The position numbers and the translations under genes are program-made. Positions 47,671 to 60,890 of a DNA stretch of 64,000 bases are shown here, one piece after another. This DNA is from Mobula hypostoma (taxonomy: Eukaryota), in contig NC_086097.1 of the NCBI RefSeq assembly GCF_963921235.1, positions 53,632,001-53,696,000 on the forward strand. The letters run 5' to 3'. The first letter of the stretch is position 1. Each line of letters starts with the position of its first letter. The notes beneath the pieces are model-generated. The model did no database searches. It was not told the DNA's origin and saw nothing but the letters and a program-made list of their open reading frames with translations.

Positions 47671-49397
47671 GATAAAATGTGAAAGCAGGCTTAATGGAAT
47701 CCTACCATTGACAACTTTCAAAATGGAGTTATATCCTGCTGCATCTATATTATCACAATTTATTTCATTCACTTTATACATCAACATAAAAAGGTGAGTT
47801 CGACCCTTAAGGTTGCAGGTTCAGGGAGGTTACTTTTGCTGACATTACTAATTCAGTAATTTTACTGCCAGACCTATCTACCTTGTTTATTCACTTCATA
47901 AACAGATTCACTTCTGGTTGCTACATTGCTAGTGACATAATGTAATTAAAGGATGATTTTACAATATATTTATTTACACCTATTGTTAATCCCCAATGTT
48001 TTTAACTTGGAAGGCTGGCTTCAATAGGAAAGACCACAATTATTAAAACGTACATGTTTTAATCAGTGGTTATTATACAATTGTTGCGTTGGGAGGTAGT
48101 AGTGGGGATGGGGTTTCATGATTTGGTGTTGAAGAACATCAAATCTGTCAGAATAACTACAAATACAAGATGGCAATTGCAGACATTTTCAACTACCCAG
48201 GATAGGAAGTGACAAGGGGATGAAAAAACAAAATACATGATATATATTCAAGAGAACATTCAAACTTGTACATGGCAAACTCAACAAAATCAGGGACAGT
48301 AGCACACTTAGCTTTGAGGAGTGTATCTGGGATTGTGGCAAGGGGGTTACTGGAGAGCAGTTTGGAGGCAGGGATTATAAATCTGTTAGATTTAGCATAG
48401 TTAGACGTTAAGTTATTGCAACAATGTACAGAGATCTATATTATCAATCCTGGGTGTACCAATTGTTTTAGTTTCTTCCCATCACTCATGAGTGCACTAT
48501 ATTAGATGTAAAAATGACATGGCAGCAAATGACCTGTAGCTTGAAAACAAACACTTTGTTTGCCATAGATAAAGTGCGCCTTAAGAAACTAACTGCGGGA
48601 ATAACAAGTGGTAACATAATGTCAACAGTCCGGTGAGTTATATTCCAACCCACATAAACAACATGAATGTTAAAGTTGACTCAAAAAGAAACACAATTTA
48701 AAAAAACATCCTTTAATTACATTGAATAAATAGTGTAGACAGGTTTGGCGGTAAAATGTTTAATTAATAATGTCATTAAAAGTAACCTCCCAGGGTGATT
48801 GGATATTCTGAGTGCGTGAAATGTGGATGTGATGATGTCACAGATTCCACTCAGGATGAACTGGTACGTCAATGATGTTTAAACATTCATAAAAATCTAA
48901 TGAGAAAAGTAAACTAGCATTCAACTGTTTACTGGAAGACCTAGTGATGATGGGAAGGTCAAGCATGCATTTTTGTGAATGAGAGAGAAAAGCATTGCAT
49001 CTTTTCAGCTGTCATGCCAGAATCTTGATAAAGTATAAAAAAAAGTCAGCACACACTTCAACAGACCCACAGATGTCAATTCCAAAGCCAGAGATAGGAA
49101 CTAGGCAACCCTGTTGGCATTTTCCTTAAAAAGACTAGAAGCTCATTTGGTAGATGGAAATCTGATGAAGGTAAAGAACCAAAATATTTTGGTGCACAGT
49201 ATACCCAAGTATCAAGGAAGCTTTGATTGAAAGGAAGAATTTACTATGTCACAGACTATAGATACACCAACAGCATAGGAAGCTACAAGAAGACAGACAA
49301 ATCTGCTGCCTGCTCATACAGCTAACTTCCAGATCGGTCTTGGGACAGGAAGCAGAGAGACAACAAATGCAATAGGAAACAGACTGAAAATAGGTAT

Positions 49398-49585
49398 GTA
49401 ATGTTGACTGTTTATTCCTCTCCATAGACGCTGCCTGACCCGGATGAGTTCCGCCAGCATTTTGTCTGTGTTGTTCTGGATATCCAGCATCTGCAGAATC
49501 TTTTGTGTCAATGTAGAAGTCGGACCTACTGATTATTCCAGCAGTTTATTTCTATTTTCAACTTCCAGCATCTGCAGCTTTTTTT
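49398..49585 (+). mobile_element. Penelope pLTR tail fragments
   Basis: AATGTTGACTG…CCATAGACGCTGCCTGACC…CCAGCATCTGCAG, with a second partial copy. Confidence 0.65.
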
Positions 49586-50649
49586 CATTCACTAGACTGG
49601 AAAAGTGCACTGGAAACAGCTGCTTGAAGGTAAATCTGTGTCAGAGTGGTGAAAAGCATTAAAGGAAGAGGTTGTAAGAGTTCAGACCAGTTGTGTTCTC
49701 TTGAAAGAGAAAAGGGAACTTCCAATTCTATACCCCATGAGTACCAAGCAACAATCTAGGCTCTAAAGAGGAAAACTTGGCAAATTCCACGATTTCAGCA
49801 TTGCAGAAAGCCTGGAGAGTGTAGAAGGTGCCAGGTAAGATCCAGAAAAGCCCTTAAATGTTCCATAAATATGTTCAGGGAATTGTAAAACAAAGAAAAA
49901 AGATGGTCTCATCATGCCCTGTAATGCTGCTGCTAGCAAGTTTTCCATTGTACCTGAACCTCACTGTAATTCCGCTGGAGGCAATCATCTCAACTAGACA
50001 TTCGAGACCAAATCTATGCAGAGATCAAACGTCTTCACAGAAAATAAGGTGTGCATTCACATGAAGGAGGGAGTATTGGAAATGATAATCAAGCAGAGGG
50101 AGAACACATTAAGGAGTCTAGCATCTTTATATATGACTAAATATCCAAGCTGGATAAAAGATGTGCCAGATACTTATGATGAGCAAGGAAGGAAATGGTG
50201 CAGGCTCTGACAATCATTTTCCAATCGCCTTTAGCTACAGGCGTGGTGCCAAAGAGTTGGAAGATTGATGATGTAGTATTGTTGTTTAAAAAGCAAGAAA
50301 GGGATATAACGAGTTACCACGGCCAGCAGTGGGTCAGCTGTAGGGAAGTATTCTGAGGTTTAAACCAGCTTTTAGAGAGATGCCAATTAATCTGGGACAG
50401 TCAGCCTGAATTTGTTAAGTAAGATTTTGCCCCACAAACTTAATTGAATTGTGAGGAGGTAGGAAAAGAAATTGTGTGGATTGTCAACGTGGAGCTCAAT
50501 GAAGTCTTTGTGGATTTTTATCAAGGTATTGGACAAAGTCTCATGAAGAAAATGAAAGCTCATGGCAAAACTAAGGGAAAGTAACAAGTTGAATTAAAAA
50601 TTAACTCAGTAGGTGAATGGATAGAATAAGAAAACACGGCAATGCCTCT

Positions 50650-51310
50650 ACTTCGGAGGTGGCAAAGACCGGACATGACATCTAAAACTTTGACAACCTC
50701 TATAGATGTGTGGTGGAGAGTATATTGACTGGCTGCATCACAGCCTGGTATGGAAACACCAATGCACTTGAATGGAAAATTCGACAGAAAGTAGTGGATA
50801 TGGCCCAGTCCATTACAGATAAAGCCCTCCCCACCATTGAGCACATCTACACAAAACACTGTCACAGGAAGGCAACGACCATTATCAGGGACCTCCACCA
50901 CCCAGGACATGCTCCCCTAACACTGCTAATATTAGGAAGAAAGTACAGAAGCCTCAGGACTTACGCCACCAGATTCAGGAACAGTTATTACCTCTCAACC
51001 ATCAGGGAGAACCAAAAGGGATAACTTTACTCAACTTCACCTGACCCATCATTGAAATGTTCCCACATACTATGGACTCACTTTCAAGGAATCTTCATCT
51101 CATGTATTTATTTATTTATTTATTCATTCATTCATTCCATTTGTATTTGCACAGTTTGTTGTCTTTTGCACACTGTTTGAATGCCCAAGTTGATTCTGTT
51201 ATGGTTATTATTCTATGGATTTACTGAGTATGCCCACAAGAAAATGGATCTCAGGGTTGCATTTAGTGACTTACTGTATATGCACTTTGATAGTAAATTT
51301 AGTTTGAACA
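50650..51310 (+). mobile_element. Rex1/Babar 3' fragment
   Basis: Reads VESILTGCITAWYGN...IIRDLHHPGH...TRFRNSYY, followed by the 3' UTR. Confidence 0.85.
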
Positions 51311-51524
51311 TTGAATTGTTAATGGGAGTTTTACTGATTGGAGTACTGTGGCAATAGGTTTCTCCGGACTCATTCCTATGCCTGGACTTAAATTTAGGTT
51401 AGGAACAAGGAGATATAGGGATCTTGGAATGAATGTCCACAGATTCTGATCGGTAGGATACTTAAATAAGGTGATCAAGAACTGTTCAGGGCAGAGAATA
51501 TCTAAGTAGAGCTCATCCTTGCAG

Positions 51525-53525
51525 TGACATCTGTTAGTCTCGCGAGACCATGGATCTGCGCCTGGAAAGTCTTGCTTCAGTCTGTGTTAGAGCAGCGTCT
51601 GTTGTGGCTGTAGAGTCCCACACGGGAGTGACAGTCTCGGCTGCAGCGACTGCCCTTGAAGGCGCTGTCCTCCAGTGTTGTCTTGGTGCTGTTTTTCCAA
51701 CGCGTGCGCTTTTCTTCAGCAGCAAGCCTCAGCTTCTCTTCTCCTCTTTTTAGACCTCTGCGTAGTTCCAGCCTCCAGCGAGAGCGATCGCTTGAAATGT
51801 CCTCCCACCTCTCGACGTTCATTTTCAGTGACATCATGTCTCTCTTGCAAACATCTTTGAACCGAAGATGGGGCCGCCCTTGCGCTCTCTTGCCAGAGGC
51901 CAGTTCCCCGCACAGCAGGTCTTTCGGGATCCTCCCATCTGATATGCGGTGTACGTGGCCCAGCCAGCGGAGACGGCGTTGTTGGAGCAGGGTGAAGAGG
52001 CTGGATATCTGGGTGTGGGCCAGGACCTCATTGTTGGTGACTCGGTCAGTCCACGCGATGTCCAGGATGCGTCTCAGGCTGCGAAGGTGGAAGACGTTGA
52101 GATGCTGCTCTTGTCTGTAGTAGAGGCTGCCGAAAAGCAGTGTACTGAGGACGCAGGTCCTGTAGACTGCAGCTTTGGTGTGCGTCATCAGCTTTCTGTT
52201 CTCCCAGACTCTTGGTCAGCCTGGCGAATGTAGAGACTGCTCGTCCGATCCGTCTGTTGATCTCGGGGTCTAGGGAGAGGCTGTCCGTGATGGTGGAGCC
52301 AAGGTATGTAACCTCTTGAACTACCTTCAGCTCGTAGTTGTTGATGGTAATGGCAGGGGGGTGCTCAACGCCTTGGCCCAACATGTTGGTTTTCTTCAGG
52401 TTGATGGTCAAGCTGAAGTCCTGGCCGGCTCTTGAGAAGCTGTCCATGAAGTGTTGCAGTTGTTCTTCAGAGTGTGTTGCTAGTGCCGCATTGTCTGCAA
52501 ACAACATGTCCCTGATGAGTTCTTCACGAACCCTGGTTTTCGCCCTCAGCCGGGACAGACTGAGCAGCCTCCGGTCTGATCTGGTGTGGAGGTAGACACC
52601 ATCAGTTGATGTTCCAAAGGCGTGCTTCAGCATGACTGTGAAGAAGATGCCAAACAGGGTGGCGGCAAGCACACAGCCCTGCTCCACACCGCTGTGGATG
52701 TTGAAGGCCTCTGACGAAGAGCCGTCAAACTGAAGGACGCCCTTCATGTCTGTGTGGAATGACTGAACTATCCTGAGGAGACTTGGGGGACAACCAATCC
52801 TGGCGAGAATTTTGAACAGGCTGTCTCTGCTCACAAGGTCGAAGGCCTTCGTAAGGTCAATGAAAGCGACGTAGAGTGGTTGTCTTTGCTCTCTGCATTT
52901 CTCTTGTAGCTGTCGAAGGGAGAAGATCATGTCGATTGTGGAGCGTTCCGACCTGAAACCGCACTGAGACTCAGGATATACCCTTTCGGCTATTTTTTGC
53001 GTCTGTTCAGGACCACGCGGGCGAAGACTTTCCCAATGATGCTCAGCAAGGAGATTCCCCTGTAGCTGTTACAGTCACTTCTGTTCCCTTTGTTCTTGTA
53101 TAGGGTGACAATATTGCAGTCTCTCATGTCTTGCGGCACTGCTCCCTCTGTCCAGCACTGGCACAGTAGTTCATGCAGGTGGTTTAGCAGGATGCCCTTT
53201 GCACATTTGATGGCCTCTGGTGGAATGCCATCCAATCCTGGTGCCTTCAGAGTGGGCAGGCTGTCAATGGCTTTACTCAGCTCTTTGGCAGTCGGCAATG
53301 CATCAAGTTCCTCCATGACAGGCAGGCATTCCACGGCGTCCAGCGCGCTGTCCAAGATGCTGTTTTCTCTGGAGAAGAGTTCAGAGTAATGCTCCACCCA
53401 TTTCTCCATCTGCTTGCCCTTGTCATTGATGGTCTCGCCTGTTATGGTTTTCAGTGGTGCTGTCTTGCTCTGGGTTGGCCTGACGGCTTTCTTGATCCCC
53501 TCGTACACTTCACGGATGTTGCCTA
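51525..53525 (-). mobile_element. RTE-clade (BovB-like) LINE, 5'-truncated, RT region with few frameshifts
   Basis: Reads KAPGLDGIPPE, YRGISLLSIIGKVFARV, MIFSLRQLQEKCREQ, FIDLTKAFDLV, GVEQGCVLA, LFADNAAL and RLRWLGHVHR, with a C-terminal CSRDCHSRVGLYSH. The 3' UTR has the palindrome GTCTCGCGAGAC. Confidence 0.93.
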
Positions 53526-56029
53526 GAACTGTATAAAACACTAGATAAGCTACTTTGAGAGTACTGTGCCCAGATCTTTTTACTAGGGGACAGGAAGGAT
53601 GTGGCACAGCAGAATGATGTAGAGGAGATTTACAAAAATGTTGCCAAATTTGGAAATTTATGCGAAGAGGCTTTCTGGATTGGGCATGTTTTTGTTGGAA
53701 CAAAGGAGACTGCATTGAGCTTTGATTCATATGTATAAAATGATAAGAGGCTCAGTACGGAAAGCACATATTTCCCTTAGCAGGGAGAACAATATCCAAA
53801 GGAAAGCCGTTAAAGGGTAGAGGAGAGTTGGGGATTTTTTAAGAATTGAACAAGGAGTTAGAATTCATCAGTGGAAAGGACGGAGTAGGCAGAAACCCAT
53901 GGCATATTTGACAAATGCCTGGATGACTACTGAAATTGTTGTGACTTCAGGACTGTTGACCAAGAACTGAGAATCACGATTACCAAAAGGTCCATATCTA
54001 GCTGGTGTATGCTATCATTTGTACATTTTATCAAATGATAGAACATCCACCCCACCCAACATACTGCGGTACTCCTTCTCCATATGGACTGCAGCAGTTT
54101 AAGGATATTACTCCTCAACATCTTCTGAGGGGCAATTAGGGATGGCTAGTAAATGCTGGTTGTAGCAGTCATGCCATGGCGCTTGAAAGAACAAGTTCAG
54201 TTCTTTTGCCTGTAAGTGCTTTGTGGTTAGTTCAGTTCAATTTCTGGTCTAAGTTAACCACTGGGTTGTTGGCAGAAAAAAACTTCAGCACTGACACAGC
54301 TGTTGAATGTAATGATAGATAGATTCTTGCTGTTTTATTGGCGATGGTCATCACCTGGAATCTGACATAAAAATGTGACTTGCTATTTATCAGCCCCAAG
54401 TATGAACATTGCTCAAGGCTTTCTTTACATGGGCAGAGGTCTGCTGCACTATTGACATTTCTGATTAATCACGGATGCACAACAGAAAATACTACTACAT
54501 TACTGCAAGATTGCAATAAATTTGCAAATATGTTTCCATGTTGGAGGTATCATAGTGCACAGTTTACATGTCTTGGGCTCTCACTGACCTGTGACATCCC
54601 CATTTTGGAAAGGGTAATTAAAATATTATAATTACCATAATGTATGAACAAACATGAAAATCAAATAAATGTTTTTAATACTTTTGCTGATATTACTTAG
54701 ACTGTTCATTTATCATTTCACTCTACCTAATTTCTGGGTTAAAAAAATCAAGGAGATTTGTTGTTTGATAATAATAGAAATACATTCTTGTGCGAGACAT
54801 TTCATGATACCACACAGGTGCAGATGACAAAAATGCGACCATTCTGGTAATGCAGATCTGTGAGGGAATATCATTAAAAAAAACCTCAAGGAGTCAAATA
54901 ACCACTGTGCTAAGAAAATTGTGTGAATATACATTTTCATTATTTCACTGTGGGCAGATATTTTCTCCAAGTTACTATTATAACATACTTGAGCTTATTC
55001 CCCATAAAACTGGGTTGGGTCTTGCTAAACTGTGTGCTGCGTGGTCAAACATTGCAGCCAAATTAAATCCTTGTGGCCATGCAACTTTAAAGATTCAACC
55101 ATTCTCAATGCCTTGCTTGTCCCAAGGGATAGAGAGGGCCATCATTAACAACTAGGCTGCTAGATCCCACCAATGGAGCATAGATAACTGTCTGTCAACT
55201 CATATTATAAAATAGCCTCAAAAAAATTAGTGATACACACAAAATTTATGTAAATTAAAAAAATCAAGGTGAAAAAAAAGAAACGTGAACGAAAAACTTC
55301 CCTTTTTAATGAAGGTTGGAAACACTGTTAAAAAAAATGGGTCTTCTTGATATTTGTTGTAAACCAATCACAAACAGGAGAAAATCTGCAGATGCTGGAA
55401 ATCCAAGCAACACACACAAAATGCGCGAGGAACTCAGCAGGCCAGGAAACATCTATAGGAAAAAGTGCAGTCCAGGTTTCCGGCCGAGACCCTTCAGCAG
55501 AATTGGAGAAAAAAAGATGAGGAGCAGATTTAAAAGTGGGGGGGGGGGGGGGAGGGGAGGGAAAAACACAAGATGATAGGTGAAACCAGGAGAGGTGAAG
55601 TAAAGAGCTGGGAAGTTGATTGGTGAAAGGGATACAGATCTGGAGAAGGAGGAATCTAACAGGAGAGGACAGAAAGCCACAGAAGAAAGAAATTGGGGGA
55701 GGAGCACCAGAAGGAGGTGATGGGCAGGCAAGGAGATAGGTGAGAGAGGGAAAAGGGGATGTGGAATGGTGAAGGAGGGTGAGGCATTACTGGAAGTTTG
55801 AGAAATTGACGTTCATGTCATCAAGTTCGAGGCTACCCAGACGAAATATAAAGTGTTGTTCCTCCAACCTGAGTGTGGCTTCATCACAACAATAGAGGAG
55901 GGCATGGAAAGACATATCACAATGGGAATGGGAAGTTGAATTAAAATGAGTGGCCACTGGGAGATCCCACTTTTTTTGGTGGACAGAGCGTAGATCCGCG
56001 GCAAAGCAGTCTCCTAATCTACGTAGTCC

Positions 56030-56314
56030 TGTGGCGACCCACTTTCGAGCACACACGAACCGGCTCACAACAGCATGCGCAGGCAGAGAGCTGGCCCCAA
56101 AAAGGGCACCAGGCCATCTTCACCAGCAGGGGGAAAATCCCGCGTGCGGAAAGGGTCTGGGAATATGCATTCCCCACAGTAGTCCCGCCCAGGGAGGGCG
56201 GGAACGGGAAGGCTTTAAAGCAGGCCGTGAAGTTTGAATAAATCTCTTTCATCGCAACTCCAACTCACCGACTCCGTGTGGTTATTCTAGCACTGTGTGT
56301 GGCACACCGCTACA
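56030..56314 (+). repeat. 5' LTR
   Basis: TGTGGCG…CGCTACA, with a TTTAAA box and AATAAA. Confidence 0.95.
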
Positions 56315-56316
56315 AT

Positions 56317-56330
56317 TGGTGACCCCGACG
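56317..56330 (+). promoter_or_regulatory. Primer-binding site, tRNA-Trp
   Basis: TGGTGACCCCGACG is complementary to the 3' end of vertebrate tRNA-Trp (…CGTCGGGGTCACCA). Confidence 0.85.
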
Positions 56331-56354
56331 GCCCAAACGATATTTGGGCCAGAG

Positions 56355-59300
56355 ATGACCGACGCCACATCTGTTCATGCAGTTTCGTTACAACTGCCAA
56401 GCTTTTGGCCGCTGAGACTCTGTCTGTGGTTGGAACAGGCAGAAGCACAATTCCACATTCGGCAGATAACCTCGGAGTCCACTCGCTACTACTACGTGCT
56501 GAGCTCTCTCGACCAAGAGACAGCTGCACAAGTTGAGGAGTTTATACAGTCGTCCCCAGAGGACGGCAAGTACACAGCATTCAAAGCCCTGCTCATAAGG
56601 ACTTTCGGACTCTCACGGCGCGAACGAGCACGCCGCTTAATGCACCTGGATGGTTTGGGAGACAGGCTGCCGTCAGCACTAATGAACGAAATGCTGGCCC
56701 TGGCTGAAGGACACAAACCCTGCCTCATGTTTGAGCAGGCGTTCCCAGAGCAACTGCCCGAGGACATACGCCTGCTGCAGTCTGACACAGATTTCAGCGA
56801 CCCCCGGGAGGTGGTGGCCCGAGCAGATGTGTTGTGGAATGCCAAGAAGGAGAGAGGGGCATCCGTCACACAGATCACCAAGCTGCGTGCCCAACGACAG
56901 ACCAGACCAGGCCCGGCAGCAGAGCCCAACGAACAATGGTGCTTCTACCACCAGCGGTGGGGCACAGAGGCCTGCCGCTGTAGACCACCCTGCAAATTCC
57001 CGGGAAACGCCAAGGCCCAGCTGCCGCAGATCGCTACAGTGGCTGGCCATCAGGACAGCCTCCTGTACGTCTGGGACAAGCAGTCGGGATGCCGATTTTT
57101 GGTCGACACCGGAGCGGAGATCAACGTTTTACCTCCAACGAGTTACGACACCCGTAACAGAGAACCCGGACCCACCTCGAGGGCTGCAAATGGCAGCACA
57201 ATATGAACCTATGGCACCCGCACGGTGCGGCTACAGTTCAGCTCCAGCCGGTTCACGTGGGACTTCACACTGGCCGCCGTGGCCCAACCACTCCTGGGGG
57301 CAGATTTTCTGCGAGCCCACAGCCTGCTGGTCGACCTGCAAGGGAAGCGACTAGTCCACGCCAAGACTTTTCAAACGTTCTCCCTGGGTGAAGCGAAGTT
57401 GCCAGCCCCACACCTGGACTCCATCACGCTGTCCAACGCTGAATTCACCAGGGTCCTGGCGGATTTCCCATCAGTACTGACACCGCAGTTCACGGCAGCC
57501 ATGCCCAGACACGGAGTACAGCACCACATCCCGACCCAGGGACCACCCCTCCACGCCCGTGCTCGAAAGCTTCCCCCGGACAAGCTCCGACTGGCGAAGG
57601 AGGAGTTCAAGAAGATGGAGGAATTGGGGATCATACGATGGTCCGACAGCCCATGGGCCTCCCCCCTGCACATGGTGCCTAAGGCAACGGGGGGCTGGAG
57701 ACCATGCGGTGACGACCGCAGACTGAACGAGGCTACAACGCCAGACCGCTACCCTGTGCCGCACATTCAAGACTTTGCAGCAAACCTACACGGCGCAAGG
57801 ATCTTTTCCAAGGTAGACCTCGTCCGGGGATACATCAAATCCCGGTACATCCGGATGATATCCCCAAAACAGCACTCATCACACCGTTCGGACTTTTCGA
57901 ATTCCTCTGAATGCCGTTTGGTCTAAAGAATGCCGCACAGACTTTCCAGCGGCTAATGGACGCGGTGGGACGCGACCTGGACTTTGCATTCATCTATTTG
58001 GACGACATCCTCATAGCCAGCAGTAGTCGTCAGGAGCATCTGTCCCACCTCCACTAGCTCTACTCCCGCCTGAGCGAATTCGGCCTTACAATCAACCCAG
58101 CCAAATGCCAGTTCAGACTCGATACCATCGACTTCCTGGGCCACAGGATTACTAAAGACGGGGCAAACCCTCTGCCCGCCAAGGTAGACGCGATCTGCAA
58201 CTTCTCCCGACCCAACACAATCAAAGGCCTGCAGGAATTCGTGGGTATGGTGAACCACCGTTTCCTCCCCTCAGCAGCCCGAACCATGCGCCCCCTGTTC
58301 ATTCTAATGTTGGGTAAGGGCAAGGACATTACCTGGGACGAAGAGGCCGCAGCCGCTTTCGTTAAAACCAAAGAAGCCTTGGCAAACGCCGCGATGCTAG
58401 TGCACCCCAGAACGGACGTTCCTACTGCCCTCACTGTGGACGCATCCAACACAGCAGTAGGTGGAGTGCTGGAACAACTCATCGAGGGTCGCTGGCAACC
58501 CCTGGCGTTCTTCAGCAAACACCTACGACCACCCGAACTCAAATACAGTGCTTTCGACCAGGAGCTACTGACACTATACCTGGCAATCCGGCATTTCAGG
58601 TACTTCTTAGAAGGTAGGCCCTTCACCACGTTCACAGACCACAAACTGCTTACCTTTGCGTTCACTAAGGTGTCCGACCCCTGGTCGTCCCGCCAGCAGC
58701 GACATCTGTCCTACATCTCCGAGTACACGACGGACATCCGGCATGTCTCGGGAAAGGACAACGTCGTGGCGGACGCACTTTCCAGACCGACCATACAGGC
58801 CCTGTCCCAGGAGGTGGACTATGCAGCGCTGGCAGAGGCACAGCAGGCAGACGCTGAGATCCCCAGTTACAGGACTGCAGTCTCCGGTTTGCAGCTCCAA
58901 GACCTCCCTGTAGGCCCAGGTGAGAGGACCCACCGTTTGCCATAGAGGGAGTACAAAGAAGGTTCACCAGATTGATTCCTGGGATGGCAGGACTTTCATA
59001 TGAAGAAAGACTGGATGAATTGGGCTTGTACTCGTTGGAATTTAAAAGATTGAGGGGGGATCTGATTGAAACGTATAAGATCCTAAAGGGATTGGACAGG
59101 CTAGATGCAGGAAGATTGTTCCCGATGTTGGGGAAGTCCTGAACGAGGGGTCACAGTTTGAGGATAGAGGGGAAGCCTTTTAGGACCGAGATTAGGAAAA
59201 ACTTCTTCACACAGAGAGTGGTGAATCTGTGGAATTCTCTGCCACAGGAAACAGTTGAGGCCAGTTCATTGGCTATATTTAAGAGGGAGTTAGATATGGC

Positions 59301-60590
59301 CCTTGTGGCTACGGGGGTCAGGGGGTATGGAGGGAAGGCTGGGGCGGGGTTCTGAGTTGGATGATCAGCCATGATCATAATAAATGGCGGTGCAGGCTCG
59401 AAGGGCTGAATGGCCTACTCCTGCACCTATTTTCTATGTTTCTATGTTTCTATGACCCCTACTATGTGACGTAGCTACCGGCCAACACCGCCCCGTCGTC
59501 CCAGCAGCCTAGAGCCGGCGGGTTTTCAAATCCATTCACAACTTAGCGCACCCCTCCATCAAGACAACCGTCCGGCTGGTCGCCAACAGGTACGTGTGGC
59601 ATGGGCTTTGTAAACAGGTCAGTGAATGGGCCAAAACGTGCATGCAGTGCCAAACGGCCAAGGTGCAGCGGCACACCAAGGCTCCGCCGCAGCTGTTCGA
59701 ACCCACCCGCCGGAGGTTCGACCACATCCATGTGGATATCGTGGGGCCCCTGCCAGTGTCACGAGGAGCGCGGTACCTCCTAACTATGATAGACCGCTTC
59801 ACCAGATGGCCAGAGGCAGTCCCGCTCACCGACACCACCTCCGAATCCTGCGCCCGAGCACTGATCGCAACCTGGGTAGCCCACTTCGGGGTACCGGCCC
59901 ACATTACCTCCGACAGAGGCGCCCAGTTCACCTCCAGCCTGTGGTCGGCTATGGCCAACCTTTTAGGATCGCAGCTACACCACACAACTGCCTACCACCC
60001 ACAGTCGAACGGACTAGTGGAGCGTTTCCACCGTCACCTGAAGTGGGCTCTTATGGCCCGCCTGGAGGGGCCTAACTGGGTGGACAAGCTTTCCTGGGTC
60101 CCACACGGTGCACAAGGAAGATCTGCACACCTCGTCGGCCGAGTTGGTGTACGGCACACCCCTGGTAGTCCCAGGAGAGTTCATACCAGCCCCAAGGGGG
60201 CAAGAGGAAGAACCCACAGCAGTCCTGGACAGACTACGTGAGAGGCTCGGCAACCTGGCCCCCATACCCACTTCACAGCACGGACAGAGCCCGACCTGCG
60301 TACCCAAAGACCTGCAGAAGTGTAAGTTTCTTTTTGTAAGACAGGGCGGACACCGGGCACCGCTACAGCGGCCCTACAAGGGGCCGTTTAAGGTGATCAG
60401 GAACAACGGGTCCACGTTCGTGCTGGACATTGGAGGGAGAGAGGAGGTTTTCACGGTGGACTGACTCAAACCGGCCCATGTGGACTTGGCGCAGCCGGTC
60501 CAGGCTCAGGCACCGTGGCGCAGGGGCAGACCTCCCAAACAGAGGCCGATCCAGACTGTGGACATTGGGGAAGGTATCGCCGGTTCTGTG
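56355..60590 (+). pseudogene. Disrupted gag-pol
   Basis: Gag CHCC motif CFYHQRWGTEACRCRPPC; protease FLVDTGAE; RT SPWASPLHMV and IYLDD (about 57992); RNase H LTVDAS…FTDHK…NVVADALSR; integrase CMQC, HVDIVGP, TSDRG, NGLVERFH. Contains several stops and frameshifts and a CR1 insertion. Confidence 0.92.
58932..59453 (+). mobile_element. Young 5'-truncated CR1 inserted in Gypsy pol
   Basis: Reads FRTEIRKNFFTQRVVNLWNSLP, with a (TTTCTATG)3 tail and a GACCC duplication at 58927-58931 and 59454-59458. Confidence 0.92.
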
Positions 60591-60603
60591 GGGGGGGGGG
60601 TTA

Positions 60604-60890
60604 TGTGGCGACCCACTTTCTAGCACCCACGAACCGGCTCATGAAACAGCGCGCGCAGGCAGAGGGCCGGCCCCAAAAAGGGCGCCAGGCCATCTTCACC
60701 AGCAGGGGGAAAATCCCGCGCGCGGAAAGGGTCTGGGAATATGCATTCCCCACAGTAGTCCCGCCCAGGGAGGGCGGGAACGGGCAGGCTTTAAAGCAGG
60801 CCGCGAAGTTTGAATAAATCTCTTTCATCGCAACTCCAACTCACCGACTCCGTGTGGTTATTCTAGCGCTGTGTGTAGCACACCGCTACA
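60604..60890 (+). repeat. 3' LTR
   Basis: Direct repeat of the 5' LTR, preceded by a poly-G PPT (60589-60600). Confidence 0.95.

Larger units (their letters stand above)
49800..53960 (+). mobile_element. Old, heavily decayed CR1 ORF2 hosting Rex and RTE insertions
   Basis: CR1-like pieces at about 50150-50620 (GVVPKSWKIDDVVLLFKK), 51315-51510 and 53526-53960. Confidence 0.6.
56030..60890 (+). mobile_element. Full-length Ty3/Gypsy LTR retrotransposon, CsRN1/Kabuki lineage
   Basis: TG…CA LTRs at 56030-56314 and 60604-60890, a 4-bp TSD GTCC, a tRNA-Trp PBS, a G-run PPT, and gag-PR-RT-RH-IN domain order. Confidence 0.96.

Noticed and set aside
56492..60828. Long antisense ORFs over the Gypsy element
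   Set aside because: Shadow frames of GC-rich gag-pol and LTR sequence.
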